The position numbers and the translations under genes were made by a program. A stretch of 63,681 bases of DNA, filler included, from Nemertoderma westbladi (lineage: Eukaryota > Animalia > Xenacoelomorpha), in NCBI GenBank assembly GCA_032718475.1. It is 3 parts of 3 records of this genome, joined end to end, with 100 filler letters (N's around TTAATTAATTAA, not from the genome) between each part and the next. Parts side by side here need not be neighbours in the genome. Positions count along the whole stretch, not along the records: positions 46,817 to 63,681 come from JAUCBJ010004267.1; 2 more parts are not named here. One strand, written 5' to 3'. Below are positions 49,680 to 63,129 of the stretch, in pieces (the first letter of the stretch is position 1; every line of letters starts with the position of its first letter). The notes beneath the pieces are model-generated. The model had not been told where the DNA came from and ran no database searches. It worked only from the letters and a program-made list of their open reading frames with translations.

Positions 49680-51845
49680 TCAACGTTTGTAACCATAGAT
49701 ATCCCCTGCTGCGTTGTTCGCGTTATTCAGTAGACTCCGGTTGATATCGGCTGCCTCGAGTGGCGCTTCGGGTTCGGCAGCTGTGGGCGGCGGTGGATGG
49801 ACCCCGGTGAGCTGACTGCCCCGGGACGCGGGCTCCACGGGTTCCCCCCTCCCCTGCCCCGCTAGGGGGGACGGCAGCTCCGACCCCCGTCCCCCGCGCA
49901 GCAGCTCAATCTCCCGTCGCAACGCCGCTACCTCCACCTCGTTCCGACGTTCCGCTTCCAACCTCTTCCTCCGTTCCCCGTCCAACTGTTCCTCCAGGAA
50001 CTCCCGATCGGCCAGCGTCCGCTTCCGTTCCGCCTCCACGCGTTCCGCGTTCCGACTCTCATCCTCGGCGCGTTCCGCGTCCTCCTTCGCCTTCCGTTCC
50101 GCCTCGGCCTCCCGTTCCTTCCGCACGAACTGCAGCCGTTCCGCCGCGCGTTCCGACCTCGCTTTACGCCGATCCGCGCGACTCGTCGTCGTCTGGTCCG
50201 CGCCCCAGTGTTTCCACGGCAACGGGACCCCAACCGTCTGAGTGGGGTCCAACACGGGCAGCCCACTGCCTTCCCTTCGCAACAGCGACGAGTGTAGATC
50301 CCTCCGAAAGTGCCGGTTAACGACGTACTGAAACTCCTCCGTGCGGAGGTCCATACTCCGGCGGTTGACAACCTCCTCCATCTCCTCGGGAGACTCGCAG
50401 CCTAGCAACGGCTCCCGTAGCAACATCAACAACGCCGTCGTCATGGGAGTAATTACGTCATACTCCTCTTCGTCCAACCCGATCATCAGCTGATCCCAGA
50501 TGTACATGACCACGTCCATACGACAAAAACCGACAAACAGACAACGGACAATGGAATGGGACAGCGTGTGGATGGCCTTATCGCTGAGACGAGACTTACT
50601 GCCTGCGTTCTTGCTTTGCTGGGGTTTATTAGCCGTAGATCTATCATCACTTTTCGTCTTACTATCGTTGACAGGATTGGTATCATTCTTATCATCTTTA
50701 GTATTATCTTTGCCACCACTATCATCAACATTAGCGACAGATGCTTCATTGCCATGTTCTTTAGAATCACCAGCCGCTTCAGTGGTTTCATCAGTTTGAT
50801 TTGCTGGAACGGTAGATCTTGTCGGACCAGCCTCGTCTGCAGGCTTGGTGGACCTTGCTGGACCAGTCTGCTGCGGCTGATTGCTCGACCTACTAGGACT
50901 TCCTTTCTCCCCGCCGAATACTCTCCCTATATGATCCGCCAACTCACCATCCTTCCCCTCCAGCTGCACCACCACCTGTCTACTCATCGCCCCGGGCCCT
51001 TCCCCCGCCTCCCGACGCCACGAATCCGTTATCCCGCCCCGTTTCCCCACCAACGACATGTACATCTCGACGAGGAGGGCGTGCGTCCCCGACGCCCCCA
51101 TGCGGGCGTCACCGTAAACCCCGAGCACCGCGCACAGTAGCGGAATCAACAGGAGGTAGTCCGTGTCCACTAGCCTCCGGTCAGAGCGCAGCGTCGTGTG
51201 GTAGTAGGAGAGAACGGTGCGCATCGCGACGGGGGTCTCCTCGACGCCGCCCAACTCCTCGAGGGCCTCCCGGAACGGGGACACCCGCAGCACCGCGACG
51301 CACTTCTCGCCGATGTCGCGGTCGTATCGGGACGCCGTCGCCCCCGGAGTCCCGCGACTCAGGGCGACGAACTCCCCGCGGGCCTTCCCGTTCTGCAGCT
51401 GAAGTTGCCAGGCAACCAGTCGGAGGGTGTCGGGCAGCGACGAGTTGAGACAGATCCGTAGTTTAGTTCGCATCGCGGGCCACTTCCGGAGCAGACTAAC
51501 AGCGCCGTCTCGAGCGTGTCCGACAATCAGATCGGACTTGGTACTCGAAAGATCGTCCTCCGATAAATCCTTAAACACTCGTTCATTCAGCTGAACGTCT
51601 AACGTGTCCGAGAGTTTCTGATGGAACTGCTTGAAGGCTTTCCCACCTTGTATCGCCTTGGTGGCTCGTTCTATAAACAGACCCTTCTCTGCTTCACTCA
51701 GGTCCGTGAAGTAGGTCACGTGACTCTCAGTCAGCTGTTGCTGCACGGCGTCGAACAATTCCTTAGTAACGCCTTCCCACTCTTTCGTATTAATTACTTC
51801 TTCTTTCGAACGCTTCAGCCACTCCGGTGGCACCATGGCCGACAT
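49680..51845 (-). CDS. Intronless 721-aa protein with a divergent Rab-GAP TBC-like fold and C-terminal coiled coil, nested in CS intron 3
   Basis: Long GC-rich non-repetitive ORF. LPDTLRLVAW and CLFVGF...VVMYIWD resemble TBC boundary motifs; E/R-rich coil; no transposon motifs. Confidence 0.8.
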   Translation of the reverse strand: MSAMVPPEWLKRSKEEVINTKEWEGVTKELFDAVQQQLTESHVTYFTDLSEAEKGLFIERATKAIQGGKAFKQFHQKLSDTLDVQLNERVFKDLSEDDLSSTKSDLIVGHARDGAVSLLRKWPAMRTKLRICLNSSLPDTLRLVAWQLQLQNGKARGEFVALSRGTPGATASRYDRDIGEKCVAVLRVSPFREALEELGGVEETPVAMRTVLSYYHTTLRSDRRLVDTDYLLLIPLLCAVLGVYGDARMGASGTHALLVEMYMSLVGKRGGITDSWRREAGEGPGAMSRQVVVQLEGKDGELADHIGRVFGGEKGSPSRSSNQPQQTGPARSTKPADEAGPTRSTVPANQTDETTEAAGDSKEHGNEASVANVDDSGGKDNTKDDKNDTNPVNDSKTKSDDRSTANKPQQSKNAGSKSRLSDKAIHTLSHSIVRCLFVGFCRMDVVMYIWDQLMIGLDEEEYDVITPMTTALLMLLREPLLGCESPEEMEEVVNRRSMDLRTEEFQYVVNRHFRRDLHSSLLRREGSGLPVLDPTQTVGVPLPWKHWGADQTTTSRADRRKARSERAAERLQFVRKEREAEAERKAKEDAERAEDESRNAERVEAERKRTLADREFLEEQLDGERRKRLEAERRNEVEVAALRREIELLRGGRGSELPSPLAGQGRGEPVEPASRGSQLTGVHPPPPTAAEPEAPLEAADINRSLLNNANNAAGDIYGYKR

Positions 51846-52136
51846 TCTGGTAATATTGATATTGCACAGACCACCAAGTGAGCGCGAGTTGGGATTGTTA
51901 ATTTAATAGTTTAAACAAAACGTGATAAATGACAGTAATTAAAAAGTGAAAAATAATAACAATTAAATAAAGTTAATTCGAATTTGCGAATAATATTATA
52001 CAAATTAACGCACATGGATGTTAAAACATATTATTTAATATTCATGTATTTACACACCGTATAGCACAAATAGGTAGATTGCTCCCAGCGCTGATACGAG
52101 TAGCGGAGAGGCAGTGCCAATATTGGCATTATCCCC

Positions 52137-52149
52137 GTTGCTTAGCAAC
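52137..52149. promoter_or_regulatory. RFX X-box-like palindrome upstream of the nested gene
   Basis: GTTGCTTAGCAAC, about 290 bp 5' of the ATG at 51845. Confidence 0.45.
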
Positions 52150-52743
52150 CGGTTTCCTAACCAAATCCGTATAAAAACATAAAGTAAATGGGAAAGTGTG
52201 TCGTTGGAAAGAATGAAGATCCTTTGTATGTCGACGATTGTAGTTTAAAATAAAATCATAGCTGCTCCGCCTCTTTGAGGTGAGAAATATAATTGCTGAC
52301 AGACAATTATTGTGTGGCAACCCAGGGCCGCTGTCAGCCAGATCGACCAGGTATATCTCGGTAGTTTGATGGGGCGGGCCGTTACTCCAGCAACTCCGTG
52401 GCTTCCCAAGTAAAACCGCTCCATTATGTATCGGATTAATTACAATTTAATATTGTTAAATATGAGAAAAGGTAGATAATTATTTAATTATCAATTAGGC
52501 CAGATAACTTCTGAAAAACTCAACACTTATAAAAAAAATATAGAAATCTAATAAAAATTAATAATAATTCACCTCGTTTTAAATTGTATCTTGAGGATTT
52601 GAGTTGATGTGCGATGCGCGATCATCTCTTACTGTCTTTTAGGTGCAATGTCTTCAACATGTTTGACATAATTATTGAATTATTTAAAGTTTGTGAATAA
52701 ATAATAATAATACTAATTTACTATAGTTAGGCTGTAAACGTTA

Positions 52744-53462
52744 CACCAACAGCGCAGACAACCGACAGCAGATAACCGACAGAAGACAACCAACACAACA
52801 CAGACACCCGACAGCAAACAAACGATATCAGACAACAGACAAAGTTTTCATCAAAGTGAAAACCGGTTATTCTTCAAATGGGTGTGGTTGTCGGATATTA
52901 GCTGTCTGCCGTTGGTTGTGTGCTGTCGTTTATCGGTTGTCGGCTATTAGCTGTCTGCCGTTGGTTGTGTGCTGTCGTTTATCGGTTGTCGGCTATTAGC
53001 TGTCTGCCGTTGGTTGTGTGCTGTCGTTTATCGGTTGTCGGCTATTAGCTGTCTGCCGTTGGTTGTGTGCTGTCGTTTATCGGTTGTCTGCTATTAGCTG
53101 TCTGCCGTTGGTTGTGTGCTGTCGTTTATCGGTTGTCTGCTATTAGCTGTCTGCCGTTGGTTGTGTGCTGTCGTTTATCGGTTGTCTGCTATTAGCTGTC
53201 TGCCGTTGGTTGTGTGCTGTCGTTTATCGGTTGTCGGATATTAGCTGTCTGCCGTTGGTTCTGGTTGGGTGATGTCGTTTATCGGTTGTCTGCTATTAGC
53301 TGTCTGCCGTTGGTTGTGTGCTGTCGTTTATCGGTTGTCTACTATTAGCTGTCTGCCGTTGGTTGTGTGCTGTCGTTTATCGGTTGTCTGCTATTAGCTG
53401 TCTGCCGTTGGTTGTGTGCTGTCGTTTATCGGTTGTCTGCTATTAGCTGTCTGCCGTTGGTT
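52744..53462. repeat. 49-bp minisatellite (~11 copies, 52887-53462) with a degenerate inverted arm (52744-52842)
   Basis: Unit GTTGTCGGCTATTAGCTGTCTGCCGTTGGTTGTGTGCTGTCGTTTATCG; the upstream segment has complementary GACAACCGACAGCA motifs. Confidence 0.88.
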
Positions 53463-53644
53463 GATTGATATTTTCCAAATATTGATTAAAAGTTTACTTT
53501 AATACAACGAACAACCCTAAATTACACAACGTGTCACTGTAACCTGCTCCTTTCCCTTAATTTATAATTTAACATTGAGTCGAATATTCATTCGCCGAGA
53601 CGGTCTTCCCCCCCCCCCCACCCCCCCTTTATAACGCCACCAAC

Positions 53645-53768
53645 CTGCGCTTCGGATGGAGTCTCCCCTGTTAACAACAACCAGAATAATCCCTCTGGGA
53701 GCGGTTCCTTACCGCCCTGGGCGTGAGGGAGGCGTTCCTGGCACTCGGGAATAGTGTAACCCCGAAAT
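53645..53768 (-). CDS. CS: Citrate synthase, coding exon 3
   Basis: [41 protein letters not shown]; splice phases fit. Confidence 0.95.
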
Positions 53769-53966
53769 CTAGAAACAACAACAAAACAATATTCTCGTGT
53801 TAAAGAAACACTGGGCTGTATCGGGAAGCGATAATGGTCGGCCAATCCAGATAACGGCGCCCATTGAACGCAATGGGGTTCACCACTCAAATTCAAAACC
53901 AGATTAATTAGATGCAATAATATCACAGAAACACAATAGCGTTTACAGAATTCAATAAGATGCTAA

Positions 53967-54968
53967 CTACTACTACTACTACTAGGATCGGCATGCTGCA
54001 TTGCAGCTGCATTTTTAAGAATGCTGTGCCGGCTTGTCAACAAAATTGCACCGCCACAACTCCCTATCACCCATGACATTTGCTAGATCATCCGCATCTT
54101 TAAGGCCAGTGTCCTTTAAGATGCGTCTCAAGAAAGTCATGGGCTGTCCACCATGCTTATTCACTCCATGAGGCTGCCAAAGTACAAGATTATGCACTGG
54201 CTGGTCCTCACGGCGAAAGCAATGTCCTGCAAAGCGGAGGCGATTTTGTTCTAGTGTCAAGCTTGGGGGAACCAATGAGACACCTCCAATGTTATATAGT
54301 GTCTGGTTGGAGATGTGTGCATTGTACTTGACACAATGAACCCGGCGTAGCATTCTTGTGAATGTGCCATCCAGAGATTTGGTGTCCTCAGCAGTTAGAG
54401 CCCAGTATGGACTCCCGTAGAGATGGACTCCCGTAGAGGAGTACTGGAACTACTGCTGCTCTAAATAATCGGACCTTAAGTTTCCGATTAATTCTCGGTG
54501 ATTTCCAAATCCTGGAAAGCCTATTCAAGGCTGTCCATGCCTTTCTCTTACGTATTCGAAGGTCCTCACCTGACTTCCGGATCCATGATCCCAGGTAACA
54601 GAAGTCGTCCACATGCTCAAGCATACCATCCTTTGAGCTTATGCTCATCCGACCAGAGACTTGCTGAGGACTTTCAAAGTTAACAGTCAGAATTTTGGTC
54701 TTTCTGGAGTTAATAAAAAGACCAACACTAGAAGCAGCATGTTCTAATGAGCTGAGGAGCCGTTGGGCTCCCTCTAATGATTCTGAGAGTACTCCTAAGT
54801 CATCAGCAAAGTCTAGATCAGTTAGGTACTTGGCAGGATTTCCTCGACTTCTAGAGCCAGTAGGTGGAGTTATCATCACCCCATCATCATTATGATGATC
54901 TAAGGACATGCGTAGAACATAGTCAACCACAATAATGAACAAGAAGGTGCAAGTGTGTCTCCTTGGAG
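53967..54968 (-). mobile_element. 5'-truncated RTE LINE in a CS intron
   Basis: RT motifs QGDTL, DLDFADD, FCYLGS, RLRFAGHC; (TAG)n tail; TSD GATGCTAA (53959-53966, 54969-54976); empty site visible in the paralogous repeat near 2510. Confidence 0.92.
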
Positions 54969-55941
54969 GATGCTAAAATAGTCGAGATATTGGTGTTTTC
55001 AGTTTAAAAATTATTCAAAATATGAAAACGATCTGTGATTGGTTGTGACGTCACTGTACGCCTAGGGATCCCATTGATATCAACATTCAGATACCCAATA
55101 CTATCTTTGTGTAAATTACAGTATAAATTAGGCAGTTTAATACACAGGTACTACTGCTACATCTGTACATTAGTACTGTAGTACAGTTCAGCAGTTACCG
55201 GTTCAAGGACAAGCTTTCCAGATATTTGATATTGTTTCACTTTATAAATGTTTTTAAACACAAAATAATTTATGGTGGTTGGGGGGTCGTTGGTCGTTAA
55301 ACTGCACACATTATCTACTATATATGGGGTTACCCCCTGAAATTTCGAAAGTGGCCAAAGGTAATAAGTGATGTTTAATAAGTTTACTAATGTGATGAGA
55401 TAATTAATTATTGGTACAGTTTTGCAAAATGTTAACCCTGTAAGAGTAAAATCATAAAAAATACATAAAATTTTTATGAAATTCATACCACTATCTCTGG
55501 ACTGGCACTGGACGGAGCTATTGAGATGCGGTTTTTTCTATGGTGATTCTCCATTGTTTATAAATACAATGATTGTGAATTTGAGCACCGGTGCCCAAAG
55601 GCATTCCCACAAAATGTAATTAACAAAAAGTACGTTGTTGAGCAACGGCGCACAATCCGCAGTTGAGGAACTGCTCAGGAATGTTCACCGGTGCACAATC
55701 CGCACTAGCTAAACGCCAAGCCTCAAGTCCTGCCGCAGTCATGGAACATCACATGGTTGTTCACCGGTGCACAATCTGCAGTAACAAAGAACCAGTGGTT
55801 TCGGAGCCGCAGCTAACGTGTTAAGTTACCCTCCCAGTTACCCAGTCTGCCTCAAGGACAAGGTGATAAAGGGGTTACGGGACATCTGCTTATATTTTAT
55901 TTATAATTTTGACAGTTGACATAAGTTTATGTCACGTGCTT

Positions 55942-57128
55942 ATAATAATAATAATAATAATAATTTCTTTTTATTCGCAAAAACTCCGCAACAAGTTAAA
56001 AAACCGCACAGAGGCAGCCTAACAGAATAAGATCCCATTATAGCTGATTATTACGCGAATAAAGCGTCACAACCTACGATTTTAATTTGTACTATAAAAT
56101 TAACATACAGTAGGTTTAGTACTCAACTAATCTATAATAATGTACTGTACAATATGTACACAGTACCTTAAGCACAAACTTAGATCAAACTCGTTAGCCA
56201 GCTGTCTCCGGCATATATTTGTTTAAATTTATAGTCATATTAGTGTGTTTAATTTATGTTATGTCGTCACGTGAGTACATTTTGTAAAATTCCTTCTTTA
56301 GTTTATTTGTAAATTTGCTATATGACTTTGTTTCGCGAATATTTAAATTTAGAGAATTCCACAGTCTCGTACAACTAACCATCACGCTGTTGTATCCAAA
56401 TTTTGTTTTTGTTTTTGGTACTTTGATACGGAATGTTCTTTTATTTATGTTTTTATTTTGCATTTTAAAATTTTTAAGGAAAGCAATACTTAGATTTTTA
56501 AATGGTGTTGATAAATCAAAAAAATATTTAAAGAAGTATTTTAGTACGTAGAAATTTCTAAGTGCTTGTAAGTGGGGTAATTTTGCCTTAGTGCGTAATT
56601 CTATCCCAGTGGCATCTCTGATTTTTTTGCAGTAGACAGTGCGTAGCCCGTAGTTTTGAATTTTATCTAGCCCGTAAAGTAATTCTTATGTGTCTTGTGT
56701 GTCATATGTAGTGGTGTAATAATTTCACAGCAGTAATTATGTAGTGGTAGGACAGTAGCCTTATACACTGTTAGTTTCGTGTTAGTAGGTAATTGACCTT
56801 TAATAAGTCTTAAACATGATACTGCATAGGTCATTTTCTCAGCAATCAATTTTATTTGTGGCTTCCAAGTAATTTTATTATCAATTATTATTCCTAGGTA
56901 TTTAAATTGCGAGCTCTGTTTAACGGTTGCTTTTCCTATGTGCAGGTTAATTTTTTCTATCTCATTTGTTCTAGAATGTGGAGTTATTAAAATAAATTCA
57001 GTTTTTTCGGGATTTAGTTGCATTTTTAAACTTGAAAAGGTACTATCTATTTTTAATATACGATTTGATAGAGTTTGGGTAGCAGCGATCGGATCCGGTC
57101 CTGATGCAAAGATGAGAGTGTCGTCGCG
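55942..57128 (-). mobile_element. 5'-truncated L2/CR1-group LINE
   Basis: DDTLIF, LNPEKTEFILI, FKYLGIIIDNKITWKPQI, RLWNSL; ends in an (ATT)n-type tail. Confidence 0.8.
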
Positions 57129-57287
57129 AAGGCCCCACTTTATGTAATGTTTTAAACGGGATTGGACTTTTCGGTATCGGGAACAGAAATGCAATTTTGG
57201 ATTAAATTTCCGTAAGTTTTTCAGTATATGTGATTTTGTAAGTATGATGTTGTCTGATGCCGCCTCCGCTTTGCAGGATATTGTATT

Positions 57288-57442
57288 CGCCGTGAGGACC
57301 AGCCTGAGCACAATCTTGTGCTTTGTCAGCCCCAAATAAACATGGTGGACAGCCCATGACGTTCTTGAGACGCCTCTAAAGGACACTGGTCTTGAAGATG
57401 CGGATAATCTAGCGAAAGTAACGGGGGATAGGGAGTTGTGGT
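57288..57442 (+). mobile_element. Degenerate RTE 3' fragment
   Basis: Homologous to 6440-6592 (CGCCGTGAGGACCAGCC...GATAGGGAGTTGTGG). Confidence 0.65.
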
Positions 57443-58165
57443 CAGGGACAGGATATGATACGATAAGAACCAATTTTTCATGATACTATAAGATACGAAT
57501 GCAATTTTGAAAAATTACGATACGATACGAAAAATCCAACATACGATACGAAATACAAAAAAAGATAAAAAATACATGTATTTTTTTTGTTATACTTAGA
57601 AAATAATATTAAAAATCTATATTTAATATGCAAATATTTTCTATTTCAATGTTCCAGTATGCTTGCTACAGCGACCATGCGGCTATTGGTTACATACATA
57701 AAGACGTCGTGCTAATATAGTAGAGTAGGTCTTACCATGTTACCATGCGGCCATTTATTTATTCTCTCACTATAAAATGCTTTATCATAACATGCCCTGT
57801 TAGATGCGATTAGAGTTCTCCTCACAACTTTATTTAAACTTAGAATATCCTTTAGTGGTCTTTTTATCATTATGCTACAGTTAATTAATTACAATGTGTT
57901 TAACGATCCTATTTTATTGACCTAATAAAACTCTAACCTGTAACTTAATTTATTAACCAATTTTGAAAAAACCCTAAATAAATAAGTGGTGTTGATCTCT
58001 GGCTTTACTGTTGGAAACATTAATATTTACAAAATAATATGATACGAAAATACGATTCGAAATACGAAATATATTTATTCGTATTATACGATACGATGTC
58101 AATTTTTATGATACGATACGAAATTCGATACGAATAAAATACTGCGACACGAAATACGAAAATCC
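57443..58165. repeat. MITE-like segment with GATAC/TACGA-rich ends
   Basis: Clusters of GATACGATACG at 57450-57555 and 58040-58160; termini and TSD not resolved. Confidence 0.4.
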
Positions 58166-58255
58166 ATTTTCTAGTTTTGAAACATAAATTCTAATTTTGC
58201 ATAAAATTATAATTAATCCATATCATGTTGATATCCACTAGATTGTTTAACTAAC

Positions 58256-58488
58256 CTAATCCCTTCCTCTGGGTCCAGTAGACTGGTCTCGGTTACCAGT
58301 CCCTTTATTCCGCGCATACCACCGTACGCTTGATCCACCGTGTATTCCCCCAGCGAGGAATTACCATATTCCTTACGGAAGGCGGCAACTTCTTTCTGTT
58401 TCTGTGGAACTATTCTGGTCATTAGGTCGCGTAACCCGCTGGAATCCGTCGATGTTGTTGCATAGCCACGGATACTACGAGCAACACA
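58256..58488 (-). CDS. CS: Citrate synthase, coding exon 2
   Basis: CVARSIRGYA...TVDQAYGGMRGIKGLVTETSLLDPEEGIR; TTTGCAG acceptor and GTTAG donor. Confidence 0.95.
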
Positions 58489-58783
58489 CTGCAAATAATT
58501 AAGGAACCCAATTAAGGGACGTACGGTACTAATTAATTGGGAAATAATAAAATGAACTGTAAGTAGTATAAGATCGCGTTCGGCATAGATAGACAAGGCA
58601 CCATGCATGCATCAAGCTGGCAAATGCAAAATGGTCTGATGGCAGATGGTCGGTACCGGCAAGCGGTGCGGTACTGGCTGACTGGTAGCGTAGCGTAGCG
58701 ATACCAAGTCTGGTACCTACTTTACTCTGTTACTACTTCTGTACTTTACATTACATTGTCAGTTCACAGGCACAGGGACTTAC

Positions 58784-58828
58784 CTTCCCGGAGAAGTGGC
58801 GGACCGATGAAAAAGAGGAATATAACAT
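58784..58828 (-). CDS. CS: Citrate synthase, probable coding exon 1 (mitochondrial presequence)
   Basis: ATG-initiated MLYSSFSSVRHFSGK, Ser/Arg-rich with no acidic residues, AAG/GTAAGT donor, phase 0 matches exon 2. Confidence 0.75.
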
Positions 58829-59065
58829 TGTGATGTGATGTGACAAGACAGCGCTGTAATCAGAATCAGACAACAGGACAATGTCTGAATGTAGCCGCAG
58901 CTGTGGAAGTATGGCTGAATGTGGAATGGTAGTGGTAGTAGGCGGAATCCTGTGAACACAACCTTCCCGTCAAACGGTCTCAGTAATATTCACTATTCAG
59001 TACCGTAATGAATCGCAGCACCGGTAGCCTACTGCAGTACAGCAACTGAATGCATGTATTTTTAA

Positions 59066-59184
59066 CGGTGTAATATTATGGGTTTGTTCAGAAGTGGAAA
59101 AAATGGGAGCGCGTCACCGGGGGTTGAACCAGCGCTATACGTACGTTTCGGCCTAACAGGCCTAACAACCATAATATTACACCT
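59066..59184. mobile_element. Small TTAA-flanked MITE
   Basis: Inverted termini GGTGTAATATTATGG / CCATAATATTACACC with TTAA on both sides. Confidence 0.55.
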
Positions 59185-60360
59185 TTAATTACAGTTGCAA
59201 CAGCTCATCTCCAATTTATTTGTATTTTTAACAGCAGACAGGCAGACAACTAACTGAACTAACCATGTAAACAAACCTACAGTAGATCCTGGTTCAGGGA
59301 ATTTAGATCTTTAGACAGTCAACCACAAATTATACGCCAACGAAATGCACTCTGACAACACACTCACACTATCAGACTATAGCTTAACTAACTGTCTTAA
59401 TTTCTTTGATGCATTAACTATAACTACTGCATAGCATAATGGATTATCTTGTTTTTACCGGTAATGTTTAATTATGCAGATTTATTTTAACATTATTTGA
59501 TGTCAATTAAACAATTTCAATTTCAACCGCTATAATGCCTAATAGATAACCATCCCAAAATTTATTTTCTATGGTGCGGTCGGTCTGTCGGTCACATTGT
59601 AATCTCTTTACAATTTGGGCTCTTCTTTTAATTCAATGTGATGGGGGCGGAGGAATCCCTGGTGCGCGGGTGGTTGGTTAGGGGTCAAAGCGTCCACCCT
59701 CATATCTATGTATAACAGTGTGTTTCGATTCTTCGTTAATCCACGAACGAACTTTAGTGAGAGAGATAAAAATAAGAAATTTGAACTCGGAAATTACAAC
59801 ATGTAAAGTACTTTACACTACGCAACAATACTGTATGTATGTAAAAAATATAAAAAATGTATGCCCATGTCATATGTACCTTTGTCCGAAATTGCAAATG
59901 ACTGAACAAATATAATTAAGGAAAGAATTCATCTTACCACATTCTACATTTTCGTAGTAGGCCTACTGTAGTATAGTACAAATATATCGCACTGTTTTTT
60001 TAAATAGTTAGCAAGTTAGCCACTCCACTGGAAGTCCATAGAGAAACTTTTTGATCTAAAAATGACATACCCATAAATATTGCAGTACCAATAAAAAAAT
60101 TAAATAAATAAATAAAATTGTATAAACATATTTTTTATTAAATAAAAGTATATATATTTACATACGGGAGATACACGTTCGTGGGGCGTCGCCAGGACGC
60201 GAACTTGAGCAAGTTCGAAACAAGTTAGATTTGCTCTGGAGTCAAAAGTTCGAGAGGTATTTGCCCGTAACTTTAAAAAATATTGGAACTTTTTCTCTAG
60301 TATGCCCATAAAAAATTGGGTTGAAATTGGTTAAAATCTTCAAAAGTTATTTACGAAAGA

Positions 60361-61067
<707 letters not shown>

Positions 61068-61205
61068 TACAGTACAGTTAATATAGTGTACAGTTTACGC
61101 ACTAAAGGATAAAAAAAAACGTGAAGGCGATCAGTTCCCTGAATATAGAATTATATTCCCTAAATGCCGTGGATTTTCAAAATTTTATTTTATTCGGATT
61201 AACTT

Positions 61206-61756
61206 TGTAAAAGATTGCTTTGAGTTCTCATTCGTATTGGTTCTATCATTTGTACATCTATCGGTCAAGTGGTTCAGTAGCTCAGTCGGTAGAGCGTTGG
61301 AAATTATATGTGTAGTAGGTATTGAGTTCGAATCCTAGTAAGTGCGAATTATTTTTTGTGCAGAATTTCAACTCATTTAAATTAACCGCTACAAATTAAT
61401 TGCATTTGCTTGTACCAATGAGACCGTAGTTATTTGATTGTAACCAATGTCGTGCAAGTTATATATTAGCTGGACCAATAGCTATCTTTAAAACCTTGTT
61501 AGAACCTATAGAACAATCGAGAATTTTCTCGATTGATTGCAGCACAAATTTGCTATATAAAGGTGCGATTTGTTCATTAGTTATCAATCTACTACAATCA
61601 ATCTCAATTGCTGATCTACCTTAACTTTCTGTCTTATTTCAGATTACATTGTTTATTGTATAATAGTTATTATATCTTTTGTAATAAAAGTCAGAAATAC
61701 TAGTCACATCTCAGCCCTTTTCTATCTGTTTTATCATGGATTCACTACGGTGAACA
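61206..61756 (+). mobile_element. Solo LTR (551 bp), probably BEL/Pao, containing a tRNA-like segment
   Basis: TGTAAAAG...GAACA termini as in elements 1 and 2; 5-bp TSD AACTT (61201-61205, 61757-61761); TATATAAA at 61554; AATAAA at 61683. Confidence 0.7.
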
Positions 61757-63129
61757 AACTTAAGGGACAGGATGGCCAGCTAGAGATCGGGCCGCAGCAA
61801 TGAACGGGAACATCACGGGAATGTAGACGAGAGACAACCCGCAATACCATCTAGAGTTATTCGCCCATCGCCTGAAAGGTTAGACAGCGTTCGATCCTTG
61901 CTACCTAAGTGTAAGACCAAAAGATCAAAAGGTAGACGTAGTGACACGCTGTAAGCCTAAAATTACATCATAGGGACTGTACTGTCTTGATTCAGGAAAA
62001 ACCGCAGTAGACCTTCATATTCCTACGGGGGGAGGGAGAGAGCGCAGGCAGATACTAGTACGCAGATAGGACGTAGGCACACCGGTACAAGGCATACACA
62101 TTGGTTAGGGTGCAGCAAACTGTACGCTTAACTCTTGCTAAGTACAGGTGCGTCTGTGACTATTTGCCGTACAACGGTGTCCATTGCATTAGAACTTGTA
62201 GGCTAGGGGGGTTGCTGTGTTTTCACCTGAATTAGGATTGTACCGTTCAGGCGGTAGGGCAGTTTACACTAGGCGCAAATAAATTGAGGCTATCAGGGAT
62301 ACTAACATCTACCGTGTCCCCGCCAACGCCCCAAATAGGAAGTTACCCGGACTACCTGGGTGACTAAAATTCTAGATAGGAGCCAGGATAGCTATTAGTA
62401 ACTGTACGCCTACAGTAGTAAACTAACACATCTCTTCTTAGTATCAGGGACCTGGTACCTAAAATTGCCGAATTCTGGGCGTAGCATTAACCTTATACCT
62501 GAATTTGAGTCCTGGAAATACGCAAGAGGGGAAGGAACCTTATCATTCGTGAGTATTAGACCTACAAGTTATAAAATTAGAATATTCGTAAAATGCACAC
62601 CGTACCCAGTAATTATATATGTGAAGGAGCAAAACTGCTTTTGACCGTTCAGAATTAACACACGCGCGTTAGAAATTATTTACACCTCAAAATATATAAA
62701 ATTAACTTTCGTCCTTACTGCACTTTGCTCGCTAGTTAGACATCTCCAAATATCTGCCTCTGTACCTAGCTAGCGTCCCTTTGCCCAACCATATAAATCA
62801 CACCGCGGCAAAGTATACGAGCCTCTTAGTCCGTCAGCGAGTCAGCCTGATTTTAGGATTCGCTGCGCGGGATTTTGTTTTATCGAAGTTTGTCTGCTCG
62901 TAGACTGTTTTCTGCCTCACCGGTTATAAGAGATCAATACTGCAATATATTCGCTTACTTAGAGTTTACTGTTTTGGTGAGAAGGTCGGATTTATGATTT
63001 GATTTACAAACTTTACAGTAAGATATTGCAGGTATTGTTACCGTCTCTTCCAATAGTAGGAATAGGCGTATCTCTACGGTGGCTGAATTGTGCCACTTAA
63101 TACTTTTTTTTTATTTTTTTTTTGAAGCG

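Noticed and set aside
61271-61345. Functional tRNA gene
   Set aside because: A and B boxes are present but the acceptor and anticodon stems do not pair properly.
61619-61765. 8/9 complementarity between 61619-61627 and the bases after the third LTR, as a possible third self-priming case
   Set aside because: The bases after the LTR (AACTT) are better explained as the TSD of a solo LTR, and an 8/9 match within 550 AT-rich bases can arise by chance. Not used as support.
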